32,947 bases of DNA from Chloroflexota bacterium (GCA_037147135.1 JBAWVU010000003.1:1-32947), one strand, 5' to 3'. Positions 8,940-18,510 are shown, numbered from the stretch's first letter. Notes: generated by a model not told the origin, from the sequence alone. Made by a program: numbers and translations.

Positions 8940-10079
8940 ATGAGCGTCCCGGCCTATCGCTGCGCGGCCTGCGGCGCGGAGCTCTGGGTCCAGTGGCGGG
9001 AGGGGAACGGCTACCGCTGTCGCCGGTGCGGTGGCTTCACGCCGAACGCCGCGCTCGGCCTGCCGGAGGCCGGCCCGGCGCCCCGCACGACGCCCCTCGA
9101 CGGGACGTGGGTGAGCCCGGGGTACCGGTCCGGCCACCTCCGTGCCACCGTCGCGTGCCTCACGCTCGGGCTCGCGACCGGATCGATCGTCATCATCGCG
9201 ATCCTGACGCTCGGCATCCTCGGCCTGCTGGACGACGCAGGGGGCGGCTCGCTCACCGGCGCGGGCGCCTCCGGCTACGTCGAGGTCGTCGCGGCGTGGG
9301 AGCTCGTCAACGCCGTCGCCGTCCTCCTCGCCGGCGTCGCGTTCCTCGCCTGGCAGAGCCGGTCGATCGCGAACGTCCCGTGGCTCGGAGGCGGCACGCC
9401 GGCGATCTCACCGGGCTGGTCGATCGCCTGGTGGCTCATCCCGTTCGCCGACCTCTTCATGCCCTACCGCTCGATGGCCGATCTCGAGCGGCGGACCGCG
9501 GCAGGCATCCCTCGCACGCGCCTCATGGCGGCGTGGTGGGTCCTGTTCGTCGGGTGCAACGTCGTCGACCGACTCCTCTCGCTCGCCATGGCCGAGACGG
9601 CCTCGGTCGACGAGGCGCGGTCGCTCGTCATCGTCGACGTCCTCGCGCTCATCGGCATCGCCGTCTCCGGGGTCCTCGGGATCGTCGTCGTCCGCGGGAT
9701 CCAGCGGGCATCCGAGGCGCGCGCCGCGGCACTCGGGCTCCCCGACGGCGTGCCGCTCGGAGGACCGTCGTGGGGCGCGCAGCCGCGGGTCCCGGGCGGC
9801 GCCGAGCTGGCGGCGGGTGGCAGTGCGGCCGCGGGCGACGCTGCGGCCGCGGGTGGCGAGGAGCCGATGGCCGCGCCGGACACCGCGGTGGGGCCGGGGA
9901 CGGCCGCGGCCGGGTCGGAGCCCACGGGGTCGGCGCCGGTCGCCGGAGGGTCGCCGATCGTCGGAGGGTCGGTTCCGGTCCGGCCGGACCTGCTCGAGTG
10001 CCCATGGTGTGGACGGCGGAGGGCGAGCGCGTTCCGCTACTGCGTGGCGTGCCGCTTCGACTTCACGCGGACGGGGTAG
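8940..10079 (+). CDS. DUF4328-like membrane protein with N- and C-terminal zinc ribbons
   Basis: CAAC...CRRC at the N-terminus, a 4-TM core with SPGWSIAWWLIPFADLFMPY, and CPWC...CVAC at the C-terminus. Confidence 0.75.
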   Translation: MSVPAYRCAACGAELWVQWREGNGYRCRRCGGFTPNAALGLPEAGPAPRTTPLDGTWVSPGYRSGHLRATVACLTLGLATGSIVIIAILTLGILGLLDDAGGGSLTGAGASGYVEVVAAWELVNAVAVLLAGVAFLAWQSRSIANVPWLGGGTPAISPGWSIAWWLIPFADLFMPYRSMADLERRTAAGIPRTRLMAAWWVLFVGCNVVDRLLSLAMAETASVDEARSLVIVDVLALIGIAVSGVLGIVVVRGIQRASEARAAALGLPDGVPLGGPSWGAQPRVPGGAELAAGGSAAAGDAAAAGGEEPMAAPDTAVGPGTAAAGSEPTGSAPVAGGSPIVGGSVPVRPDLLECPWCGRRRASAFRYCVACRFDFTRTG

Positions 10080-10905
10080 CGCCGGCGGCATCCGGGCCGG
10101 CGGCGGGATCCGAGCCGGTCGAGGCGTCGGGGCCGTCGGCCGCCGCCATCCCGTCGTCATCGACCGCGGCCACGCCGGCATCTGCGGACACGGAACGCCC
10201 GCGCCGCCGCGGCTCCACTTCTCGCCCGATGTTGCCGACGAGGAGCGCGACGACGGAGACGAGGTAGAGCTGCCCCGTCAGCGCCTCGGTGATCGCGAGC
10301 ATCCGCCCGAGGTCCGTGGCCGCCGTGTAGTCGCCGTACCCCGTGGTCGTGATGGTCACGTAGCTGAAGTAGACGTAGTCGGTCGCGGAGCCGGCATCCG
10401 GCTCCACGAAGAACGGGACCCTGTCGATGCTCGCGGCCAATCCGAAGACGTACGAGAAGAAGAGCCCGAGGAGGAGGTAGATGCAGAGCGCCCCGAGCAC
10501 GGTGCGGAAGGTGATCTTCGGCAGCGACCTGAGGCGGGCGGCGATCGCGACGGGGGCGACCAATGCGAGGAGGAGCCCGAAGATGGTCGTGACGAGCGGG
10601 CCGAACTTGTCCGTGCCGGTCAGGAGCGCCAGGAGGCTCGCGGCGATCGCCACGACCGTGAAGACCTCGGTCGGGCGGAGCACCCGGGGATGGGCGTCCG
10701 CCGTGTAGAGGACGAAGACGACGGTGCCTCCGCCGAGCGCCACGCCCCCGAGCTGCCCGAGCGGGTTGTCGCCGGCGATGGCACGGACGACGATCGTCGC
10801 GATGATGAGGAGCAGGGCGAACCCGTACTGGTCGCGCTGCCGGAGGTCGGGGAGGAATCCGTTCCGCGCGGACGATTCCATCCCGTGGGTCGGCGTCGCG
10901 CTCAC
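10063..10905 (-). CDS. Potassium channel family protein (Ion_trans_2 pore)
   Basis: YFSYVTITTTGYGD selectivity filter followed by EALTGQLY. TACCAT lies 6 nt before GTG 10905. Confidence 0.88.
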   Translation of the reverse strand: MSATPTHGMESSARNGFLPDLRQRDQYGFALLLIIATIVVRAIAGDNPLGQLGGVALGGGTVVFVLYTADAHPRVLRPTEVFTVVAIAASLLALLTGTDKFGPLVTTIFGLLLALVAPVAIAARLRSLPKITFRTVLGALCIYLLLGLFFSYVFGLAASIDRVPFFVEPDAGSATDYVYFSYVTITTTGYGDYTAATDLGRMLAITEALTGQLYLVSVVALLVGNIGREVEPRRRGRSVSADAGVAAVDDDGMAAADGPDASTGSDPAAGPDAAGATPSA

Positions 10906-10987
10906 GCCGAGATGGTAGCCGAGCGACAGAGGCGCCCACCGGCCGGGACGGCGTCTCCGGGCCGGACCGCCACGCCGTGCTCGGGCG

Positions 10988-11563
10988 TCAGCGGCGCCCC
11001 AGCAGGTCCACGATGGCGTCGACCGCCCGCGGGACGGCCGCCTCCACCGATGGCGAGAGCGACTCGCTGAAGACGTCGACCCGCTCCGCCTCGATCGCGA
11101 CGAACATGATGTCCGTCGGGATCGCGACCCCGAGCCGACGCCCGGTCGCGAGCGCGACGCCGAGGGGCGCGTCGTGCGCCGAGTCGAGGTGGGCGGCGTC
11201 CCGGAGCCGCGCGTCCTCCAGGCGCATGCACGTGACGGTCCCCGACGGCTGCTCGCCGGTCGCGATCGCGTCGACGAGGATGACGCGCTCCGATCCGACG
11301 AGCCGCTCCATGAGCGTAAGGCCGCCGATCGCGAGCCGGTCGAGCTGCGCGGATCCGACCCCGCGCGGGTCGCGAGAAAGCGCCTCGATCACCCGCCAAC
11401 CGACGCCGTCGTCCCCGAGGACCGGGTTCCCGAGCCCGAGCACGAGGACCGGCGGCGGCAGCGGATCGAGACCATCCCGCGATGCGCCCGACGCCCCGGG
11501 CGCGCCGCCCGGGGCGTCGGATCGGGCCGGGTCGGGGCCGTCAGCAGAACTGGCGGAGGACAT
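10988..11563 (-). CDS. [NiFe]-hydrogenase maturation endopeptidase (HycI/HybD family); start codon uncertain
   Basis: VLGLGNPVLGDDGVG, ILVDA and SAHD motifs. Lies directly downstream of the large subunit. Confidence 0.88.
   Translation of the reverse strand: MSSASSADGPDPARSDAPGGAPGASGASRDGLDPLPPPVLVLGLGNPVLGDDGVGWRVIEALSRDPRGVGSAQLDRLAIGGLTLMERLVGSERVILVDAIATGEQPSGTVTCMRLEDARLRDAAHLDSAHDAPLGVALATGRRLGVAIPTDIMFVAIEAERVDVFSESLSPSVEAAVPRAVDAIVDLLGRR
11488..11520 (-). other. Perfect 15-bp stem-loop just after the mvhA stop
   Basis: CCGACGCCCCGGGCG / CGCCCGGGGCGTCGG with a 3-nt loop. Confidence 0.7.
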
Positions 11564-13028
11564 CGACCGTGCCGCCGTCGGCATCGTGGATCGTCACCTC
11601 GAGCGGCATCTGGCCGGGCAGCGAGTGCGTCGCGCACCCGAAGCACGGGTCGTATGCCCGGAACGCCATCTCGATGCGGTTGAGGAGCCCCTGCCCGACG
11701 ACCGTCCCGCCGTGGATGAGGCTCTTCGCCGCACGGTCGATCGACATGGTCATCGGTGCGTAGTTGTTCGTCGTCCCTACGACGAGGTTGACGCTCGTGA
11801 GGATGCCGCGCTCGTCCGTCTTGTAGTGGTGCGTGAGCGTGCCGCGCGGCGCTTCCACGGTGCCGATGCCCTCGGTGGGCATCTCGGTGGGCACGATGCG
11901 GATCTCCGTCGACGTGATCTCCGGATCTCCCGCGAGCTCGACGACGCGCTCCGCGGCGTACATGAGCTCGACGAGGCGGGCCCAGTGGGTCGCGAGTCGC
12001 TGGTGGACCATCCGCTTGCGGCCGTCGACCGCCGGGGCGAGCGTCGCGTAGAAGCGCTCGTATGCCTCCTGCGCGCGCGGGGTCGCCATCCCGTCTGAGA
12101 CGTTGAGCCGGGAGAGCGGCGTCGCGGCATAGACGCCGGAGTCCTTGCCGTCGACGAACCCCTTCCACCCGACGCGCTTGAGATACGGGAACTTGAGGTA
12201 GGTCCACGGCTCGACGCGCTCGGCGATCCAGTCGCGGTAGTCGGCCGGGTCGTACTCGCCGAAGCGCTCGCCGTCGGGGGCGGTCACCCGCACGCGGCCG
12301 TCGTAGAAGGCGACCTTGCCCGCCGGGTCCACGAGCCCCATGTAGTAGGTCTCGTGCGTGTAGACGTCGCCGAGGATCATCTCCACGTAGGCGGGGTCGC
12401 CCAGGACGATCTTGTCGAAGAGGTCGAGGCCGAAGGCCGCGAAGTCGACCATCCAGCGGCCGCTCGCCTCGATATCGACGCGCTCGGCCTCCGTGATCCC
12501 CTTCGTCATCCCGCCCGGCACCGAGGTGCACGGGTGGACCTTGCGACCACCGATCGTCTCGATGATCGCGTGGCCGCGCTTGCGGGCCTCGATGACCTTC
12601 CCCCCGACCTCGAGCCCCACCTTGTGGATGACGCCGAGGATGTTCCGCTCCGCGACCGGCGCATCCGGGCCGACGATGAAGTCCGGGCCGGACAAGGCGT
12701 AGAAGTGCGTGGTGTGGTCGGCGACGTAGAACGCGCTGTAGAGCAGCTCGCGGAGGAGCTTGGCCGTCCGGGGCGGATCCACGTGGTAGACCGCGTCCGC
12801 GGCCTTTGCCGCGGCCATGTGGTGCGCCTCTGGACAGACGCCGCAGATCCGGCTCGTGAGCGTCGCCATCTCCTCGACCGGCCTGCCCACGCAGAACCGC
12901 TCGAACCCCCGGAGCTCGGGGATCTGGAAGTAGGTCCGCTGCACCTCGCCGGCGTCGTCGAGGAAGATCTCGATCTTCCCGTGCCCCTCGAGGCGGGTGA
13001 TGGGGTCGATGGTCAGTCGGGTCGTCAT
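11541..13028 (-). CDS. mvhA: Group 3c-type [NiFe]-hydrogenase large subunit (F420-non-reducing)
   Basis: IDPITRLEGHG, L1 motif SRICGVC, EAPRG, L2 motif DPCFGCATH, then a cleavable C-terminal tail. ATGA overlap with mvhG. Confidence 0.93.
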   Translation of the reverse strand: MTTRLTIDPITRLEGHGKIEIFLDDAGEVQRTYFQIPELRGFERFCVGRPVEEMATLTSRICGVCPEAHHMAAAKAADAVYHVDPPRTAKLLRELLYSAFYVADHTTHFYALSGPDFIVGPDAPVAERNILGVIHKVGLEVGGKVIEARKRGHAIIETIGGRKVHPCTSVPGGMTKGITEAERVDIEASGRWMVDFAAFGLDLFDKIVLGDPAYVEMILGDVYTHETYYMGLVDPAGKVAFYDGRVRVTAPDGERFGEYDPADYRDWIAERVEPWTYLKFPYLKRVGWKGFVDGKDSGVYAATPLSRLNVSDGMATPRAQEAYERFYATLAPAVDGRKRMVHQRLATHWARLVELMYAAERVVELAGDPEITSTEIRIVPTEMPTEGIGTVEAPRGTLTHHYKTDERGILTSVNLVVGTTNNYAPMTMSIDRAAKSLIHGGTVVGQGLLNRIEMAFRAYDPCFGCATHSLPGQMPLEVTIHDADGGTVDVLRQFC

Positions 13029-14137
13029 CGGTCGGTCCCTCCGGCGCCGACGAGGGCCGACTCGGGGGGCGCGGGGTTGTCTGGCGGGCTGGTCGGGGCC
13101 GCGGATCCGACCGGGGTCGCAGCCTTCGCCGCGCGGACCCCGAGGGCGGCACGGCTGCCGCCGAGCAGCGAGCGGGCGAGGCTGAAGCGGTAGATCTGGC
13201 CGACCGGGTCCGGGATGCCATCGAGCACGCGCTCGATGTCGGCAGGCTCGGTGGCGTTGATGACGGAGGAGAACGCCGACAGGAGACGGGCGCCGTAGTC
13301 GACGACGCCGTCCGCCGGCCCGTAGCAGCCGATGCACGGGGCCGAGGCCGCCGGGCAGAGCGCACCGCAGCCGTCCCGCGTCGCCGGGCCGTTGCACGGG
13401 ATCCCCTGCTCGAGCAGGCAGAGCACCGGGTCGATCGTCGCGACGTCCTGGATCCGGACGAAGCGGTCGATGCGCTTGACGTTGCGCTCCCGGCTGCACT
13501 CGTCGCAGCACGTGGAACGTCCGGCACCCAGCACGGAGCCGCGGGCGGGCAGCGACGCGCGGCCCGCGAGCGCCTCGATGACGAGCCCGACGACCTCGGC
13601 GATCCGGCCCGACTCGGGCGGGCAGCCGGGGACGTAGTAGTCCACGTCCACGACCTGGTCGAGCGTCCGGAGGACCGAGAGGAAGGCCGGGATCGTGAGC
13701 TCACCCTCGGGCGCGGCGAACGCCGGGACCGGCCGAAGTCGGTCGGGGTTGTCCGTCGTCTCGCCCTCGTACGAGGCGTCGAAGATCTCGGCGACGGTGC
13801 TCAGGTTCGCGAGGCCGGGGATGCACCCCTCTGTCGCGCACGACCCGAACGCGACGAGGGTCTTGGACTTGCGGCGCAGCAGGTGCGCGAGCTCCTCGTT
13901 CTCGTCGCTGCGGATCCCCCCGGAGAACAGCGTGAGGTCGATCGATGCGTCCGGCATCGCCACGACGTCGGCGTACTTCGCGTCCATGACCGCGGGCCAG
14001 AAGACGACGTCGAACGCGGCGTCCACTTCCAGGATCCGCTCGTTGATGTTGAGGACCGCGATGTCGCAGCCGCCGCACGAGGCGGCCCAGTACATCGCGA
14101 GCCGCGGCTTGGCGGTCGGCGCGGGCATGGCGCTCAT
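13025..14137 (-). CDS. mvhG: [NiFe]-hydrogenase small subunit
   Basis: SCGGC, AFGSCA, VPGCPP, CDEC, CLLEQGIPCNGP and CPAASAPCIGCYG Fe-S motifs. Confidence 0.93.
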   Translation of the reverse strand: MSAMPAPTAKPRLAMYWAASCGGCDIAVLNINERILEVDAAFDVVFWPAVMDAKYADVVAMPDASIDLTLFSGGIRSDENEELAHLLRRKSKTLVAFGSCATEGCIPGLANLSTVAEIFDASYEGETTDNPDRLRPVPAFAAPEGELTIPAFLSVLRTLDQVVDVDYYVPGCPPESGRIAEVVGLVIEALAGRASLPARGSVLGAGRSTCCDECSRERNVKRIDRFVRIQDVATIDPVLCLLEQGIPCNGPATRDGCGALCPAASAPCIGCYGPADGVVDYGARLLSAFSSVINATEPADIERVLDGIPDPVGQIYRFSLARSLLGGSRAALGVRAAKAATPVGSAAPTSPPDNPAPPESALVGAGGTDR

Positions 14138-14760
14138 GCCGTCACCTCCGCGGTGATGCCGGGTTCCGATAGGGCGGGGATGACATGAGGTGGCGCTTCG
14201 GGCGGCGAGGCTGCCTCGGCGGCGATCGCCGCGGCCTCCTCGCGCTCGAGCGCGCTGAAGTCGCGACGCACGTCGGCGGGGACGTCGCGGCCCGCGTCGT
14301 TCCACCCGAGCGGTCCGATGGCCCTGACCTCCTCGACGATCCGCCCGACCTCCTTGGCGAACCGCTGGCCCTCCGCGGCGCTCGCCCACAGGAGCTGGAG
14401 CCGGGTGGGCTCGATGCCCATCGCCACGATGACCCTCCGCAGGAGGAGGAAGCGGCGGAGCATCTTGTAGTTCTGTTCCATGTAGTGGCACTCGCCCGGC
14501 CAGCACCCGCTCACCATGACGGCGTCGGCGCCTTCCGCGAACGCCGCGAGGACGAACGACGGGTCGAGGCGCCCGGAGCACATGAGACGGATGAGCCGGA
14601 CGTTGGGCGGGTACTTCATCCGGGACGTGCCGGCGAGGTCGGCCGCCCGGTAGCTGCACCAGTTGCAGGTGAACCCGATGATCACCGGCTCGAAGGTACC
14701 CCCGGCCTCGACCGCCGAGTGGGTGGCGGCGGGGCCGCCGGCGTGGATCGTCTCGGTCAT
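14134..14760 (-). CDS. mvhD: Hydrogenase [2Fe-2S] delta subunit (MvhD/FlpD family)
   Basis: FTCNWCSY, RLMCSGRLD, SGCWPGECHY and WASAAEG. Confidence 0.95.
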   Translation of the reverse strand: MTETIHAGGPAATHSAVEAGGTFEPVIIGFTCNWCSYRAADLAGTSRMKYPPNVRLIRLMCSGRLDPSFVLAAFAEGADAVMVSGCWPGECHYMEQNYKMLRRFLLLRRVIVAMGIEPTRLQLLWASAAEGQRFAKEVGRIVEEVRAIGPLGWNDAGRDVPADVRRDFSALEREEAAAIAAEAASPPEAPPHVIPALSEPGITAEVTA

Positions 14761-16898
14761 GCCGTCACCGCTTCCTGCACCTCGTCGGACCGCATCCGGC
14801 CGGACGATGTCACCATCAGCAGGCCCTCGATCTGGCTGAAGATCTGGGCGTCACTGAACCCGGTGCCCGAGATCGCGCCGGCCGGGCACGCGGCGATGCA
14901 GGTCCCGCAGCCCTGGCAGAGCGCCGCGTTCACCTCCGTGACCATCCGGTCGTCGTGGAAGACGATCGCGTTGTACGGGCAGAGGTCGTTGCAGATCCGA
15001 CAGCCCGAGCACCGGGACTCGTCCACCGAGGCGCGGACGGGCTCGAGCTCCATCTCGCCCTTCTGGATCCGCCCGAGGATCCGCGCTGATGCGGCCGCCC
15101 CGTTGGAGACGCTCGTCGGGATGTCACGCGGCCCGAGCGCGCAGCCGGCCGCGAAGACCCCATCGGTCATGGTCGCGACCGGGTCGAGCTTGGGGTGGCG
15201 CTCGATGACCCAGCCGTCCGAGCTGCAGCTGATCCCGAACAGGCGCGCCGTCTCCTTCGCGTCGTGCGGCGGCTCGAGGCCGGCCGAGAGGACGACCATG
15301 TCCACCGGGATGCGGCGCTGCGAATTGGCGAGGGTGTCCTCCACCTGGACGATGAGCCGACCATCTTCGGCGGCCTCATCGGGGAACCGCACCGCGTCGG
15401 TCACCTCGGCGACCCGGCCGCGGACGAAGAGGGTCCCCTCCTCCAGCACGCGCTGGTAGAACTCGTCGAACGCCTTCCCGGGCGCCCGGATGTCGATGTA
15501 GAACTCGTAGACCGTCGCGTCCGTGTGCTCGCGCACGAGGTGCGCGAACTTCAGGCTCTGCATGCAGCAGATGGCCGAGCAGTAGCTGTTGTAGTTGCGA
15601 TCGCGACTGCCGACGCAATGGATGATCCCGACGGCCTTGGGCTCCGTGACCCCGTCCCGGAGGACGAGGCGGCCGTTCGTCGGCCCGGCGGCGTTGCTCA
15701 TCCGCTCGAACTCGAGGCTCGTGAAGACGTTGGGGAGCCGCCCGTAGCCGTACTGCTCGATCCGGCGCGAGTCGAACAGCTCGAAGCCGGTCGCGAGGAT
15801 GATGTTGCCGACCTCGACCGTGACCTCCTCGTCCTTCTGGGTGAAGTCGATCGCGCCGGTCGGGCAGAACTTCTCGCAGGCCTTGCACTTGCCGTTGTCG
15901 AAGAACGTGCAGTTGAGCGCGTCGATGACCGGGTACTTGGGGACCGCCTGCGGGAACGGGGTGTAGACGACCTTCCGGTAGCCGAGGCCCGCTTCGTACA
16001 CCTCGTCGACGACCTTCTTCGGGCACTTCTCGACGCAGATGCCGCAGCCCGTGCACAGGTCCTCGACGATGAACCGCGCCTTGTGCTTGATCGTCACCGT
16101 GAAGTTGCCGACGTAGCCCTTGACGTCGGTCACCTCGCTCCAGGTGTGGAGCGTGATGTTCTCGTGGGAGCCGGCGGTGACCATCTTCGGCGTGAGGATG
16201 CATGCCGAGCAATCGAGGGTGGGGAACGTCTTGTCGAACTGGGCCATGTGCCCGCCGATCGATGGCTCCCGCTCCACGAGGTGGACGGGGTAGCCGGCAT
16301 CGGCGATCTCGAGGGCCGCGGAGATGCCGGCGATCCCGCCTCCGACCACGAGCGTGGCCGGGTGGATCGGGACATGGAGCGGCTCGAGGGGCGCATCCTC
16401 GACGACCCGGAGCACGCCGCCGGCGATGACGGCCTTGGCCTTCGCCGTTGCGGCCGCGCGGTCGGTGTGGACCCAGCTGACCTGCTCGCGGATGGAGACC
16501 AGCTCGCAGAGGAACGGGTTGAGGCCGGCCTTGTCGCAGGCGGTCCGGAACGTCTTCTCGTGCATGTGGGGCGAGCACGCCGCCACGACGACGCGCGTGA
16601 GCCCGAGCTCCTCGATGTCCTTCTGGATGAGCTCCTGGCCGGTGCTCGCGCACATGAACTGGTAGTCGCGCGCCACGACGACGCCGCGAGCGCCGAGCTT
16701 CTCGGCAGCCCAGTCCCGGACCGCCTCGACGTCGACGGTCGCGGCGATGTTGCTGCCGCAGTGGCAGACGTAGACGCCGATCCGCTCGGCGCCGTCCGCG
16801 GGCGTGGCGACCCTGGTGTCGCTGAGGGAATCGACCCCGTCGGGCAGCGGGCCGACGCTGAGGTCGAGCTCGCCAGGGAGGGGCATCGGGGCGGTCAT
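14757..16898 (-). CDS. hdrA: Heterodisulfide reductase subunit A (FAD, electron-bifurcating)
   Basis: VYVCHCGSNI, GGGIAG FAD motif, KTFPTLDCSAC, an inserted ferredoxin domain, HCVGSRD...YCSAICC, and C-terminal 2x[4Fe-4S] motifs. Confidence 0.96.
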   Translation of the reverse strand: MTAPMPLPGELDLSVGPLPDGVDSLSDTRVATPADGAERIGVYVCHCGSNIAATVDVEAVRDWAAEKLGARGVVVARDYQFMCASTGQELIQKDIEELGLTRVVVAACSPHMHEKTFRTACDKAGLNPFLCELVSIREQVSWVHTDRAAATAKAKAVIAGGVLRVVEDAPLEPLHVPIHPATLVVGGGIAGISAALEIADAGYPVHLVEREPSIGGHMAQFDKTFPTLDCSACILTPKMVTAGSHENITLHTWSEVTDVKGYVGNFTVTIKHKARFIVEDLCTGCGICVEKCPKKVVDEVYEAGLGYRKVVYTPFPQAVPKYPVIDALNCTFFDNGKCKACEKFCPTGAIDFTQKDEEVTVEVGNIILATGFELFDSRRIEQYGYGRLPNVFTSLEFERMSNAAGPTNGRLVLRDGVTEPKAVGIIHCVGSRDRNYNSYCSAICCMQSLKFAHLVREHTDATVYEFYIDIRAPGKAFDEFYQRVLEEGTLFVRGRVAEVTDAVRFPDEAAEDGRLIVQVEDTLANSQRRIPVDMVVLSAGLEPPHDAKETARLFGISCSSDGWVIERHPKLDPVATMTDGVFAAGCALGPRDIPTSVSNGAAASARILGRIQKGEMELEPVRASVDESRCSGCRICNDLCPYNAIVFHDDRMVTEVNAALCQGCGTCIAACPAGAISGTGFSDAQIFSQIEGLLMVTSSGRMRSDEVQEAVTA

Positions 16899-17908
16899 CG
16901 CGGCTGCTCCCCGTCATCGGACATGCGGGGCATCGGGAGCCCCTGTGGCTTCTTCTCACGGCGCGGGCGCGCCGCCCCGGGCACGGCGCCCGCCTCGGGC
17001 TGCGGGGCCTCGGGCACCTCGACCCCGATCTTGGCCAGGGCCTTGCGGGCGCTGACCAGCTCGGTGCCGAAGCCGAGCTTGTTCGGCGGCGACCCGAAGG
17101 CGAGGCCCATGAGCTGGGTGAAGAACAGGATGGGCATGTGGTAGTCCGTCTTGAAGAACCGGTTCATCTCGCCCTGGTAGGCATCGACGTTCATCTGGCA
17201 CATCGGGCAGGTGGTGACGAGGGCGTCGGCCCCCAGGCGGTCGGCGGCATCCACCAGGCGCCGGATCAGCTCGAAGCCGGTCGCGGGGCTGATCTGGGTC
17301 ATGTGGCCGCCGCAGCAGTCGGTCCGGAGCGGGAAGTCGACGACCTCGGCGCCCAGCACAGAGAGGAGCCGGTCGAACTCCCTGGGGTGCTCATGCGAGC
17401 GCCAGCGGTCGGCGTAGTCGGGCCGCGTGACGAGGCAGCCGAGGTAGGGCGCCAGGCGCAGGCCGGCGAGCGGCCGGACCACGGCCTTCCCCACCGCATC
17501 GATGCCGATGTCCTCGATGATGACGTCGAGCAGGTGGCGGACGGTGAGGGAGCCGGGAGTGTAGCTCAGCCCGGCCGTGCCGAGCGCGGTGTTGAGCTTC
17601 ACGCGAAGCCCGGCGTCCTCGCCCATGTAGTGGTCCGTCTTGGCGAGGTTCAGGTAGCAGAGGCTGCACGGCGCGACGAGCGTGTCGGTCCCGTCCTTCT
17701 GCTTCTCGGCGAGCGCGAGGTTGCGCGAGATCAGGGCGTAGGCCCGGGTCTGGCTGATGCTCATGTACTCGTTCGCCCCGCAGCAGTTCCAGTCGTCGAC
17801 CTCCTGCAGGTCGATCCCCAGCGGGCGGCTGATCTCGTCGATCGAGTCGGAATACGCCCGGGCGCTGCTGTCCATCGAGCAGCCCGGGTAGTACATGAAC
17901 CGGGTCAT
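16895..17908 (-). CDS. hdrB: Heterodisulfide reductase subunit B (two CCG domains)
   Basis: YYPGCS, WNCCG, APCSLC, PYLGC, DCCGG and TTCPMC. All non-cubane cluster cysteines are present. Confidence 0.95.
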   Translation of the reverse strand: MTRFMYYPGCSMDSSARAYSDSIDEISRPLGIDLQEVDDWNCCGANEYMSISQTRAYALISRNLALAEKQKDGTDTLVAPCSLCYLNLAKTDHYMGEDAGLRVKLNTALGTAGLSYTPGSLTVRHLLDVIIEDIGIDAVGKAVVRPLAGLRLAPYLGCLVTRPDYADRWRSHEHPREFDRLLSVLGAEVVDFPLRTDCCGGHMTQISPATGFELIRRLVDAADRLGADALVTTCPMCQMNVDAYQGEMNRFFKTDYHMPILFFTQLMGLAFGSPPNKLGFGTELVSARKALAKIGVEVPEAPQPEAGAVPGAARPRREKKPQGLPMPRMSDDGEQPR

Positions 17909-18510
17909 GCCTCGGCCTCCAGCTCCGCAGCGCGAACGAGGATCCTGCGCAGCCCGTCACGCCCCTTGATCCGGTGCGGACGGAACCCGATCCTCCCCTT
18001 CGTGACCATGCCGATGCCCATCGGGGCCATCCCCGGCAGCCGCGTCAGGTAGTGGCGGAGGTAGTGCCGGGCGACGAGCCCGACCTCGAAGCTCCGGCCG
18101 TAGCGGTGGATGTTGTTGATGAACGTCCGGGAGAAGTCCGGCGCCGTCGAGTCGGGGACGGTGCCCTCCCGCGTCGCGATCGCCTTGAGCACGTACATGA
18201 CGTCGGGGATGTGGATCTCCTGCGGGCAGCGGACCGCGCAGAGGTAGCACGAGACGCACGTCCACGGCGTGTCGCTGCGGAGGACCGCATCCCGCATCCC
18301 CGCGCGGACCATCGCGAAGAGCATCCGCGGGGTGTGGTCCATGTCGGCGGCGGACGGGCACGACCCGCCGCACGTCCCGCACTGGATGCACATCTCGAGT
18401 CGCGATTCGCCCGCGGTGGCTCGCGCGACCTCCTGGAGGAACCCTAGGTCGATCGCATCGGATCGGACCTTGGCGTTGGGCCGCCCCTTGACCTGTCCGG
18501 CTGCCGGCAT
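17905..18510 (-). CDS. hdrC: Heterodisulfide reductase subunit C
   Basis: CIQCGTCGGSCP and WTCVSCYLCAVRCP. AGGAG RBS. ATGA overlap with hdrB. Confidence 0.93.
   Translation of the reverse strand: MPAAGQVKGRPNAKVRSDAIDLGFLQEVARATAGESRLEMCIQCGTCGGSCPSAADMDHTPRMLFAMVRAGMRDAVLRSDTPWTCVSCYLCAVRCPQEIHIPDVMYVLKAIATREGTVPDSTAPDFSRTFINNIHRYGRSFEVGLVARHYLRHYLTRLPGMAPMGIGMVTKGRIGFRPHRIKGRDGLRRILVRAAELEAEA

Noticed and set aside
11541-16898. Selenocysteine recoding in MvhA, MvhD or HdrA, with the 11488-11520 hairpin as a SECIS
   Set aside because: All ORFs are open and have Cys at the relevant positions (e.g. DPCFGC). There is no in-frame TGA.
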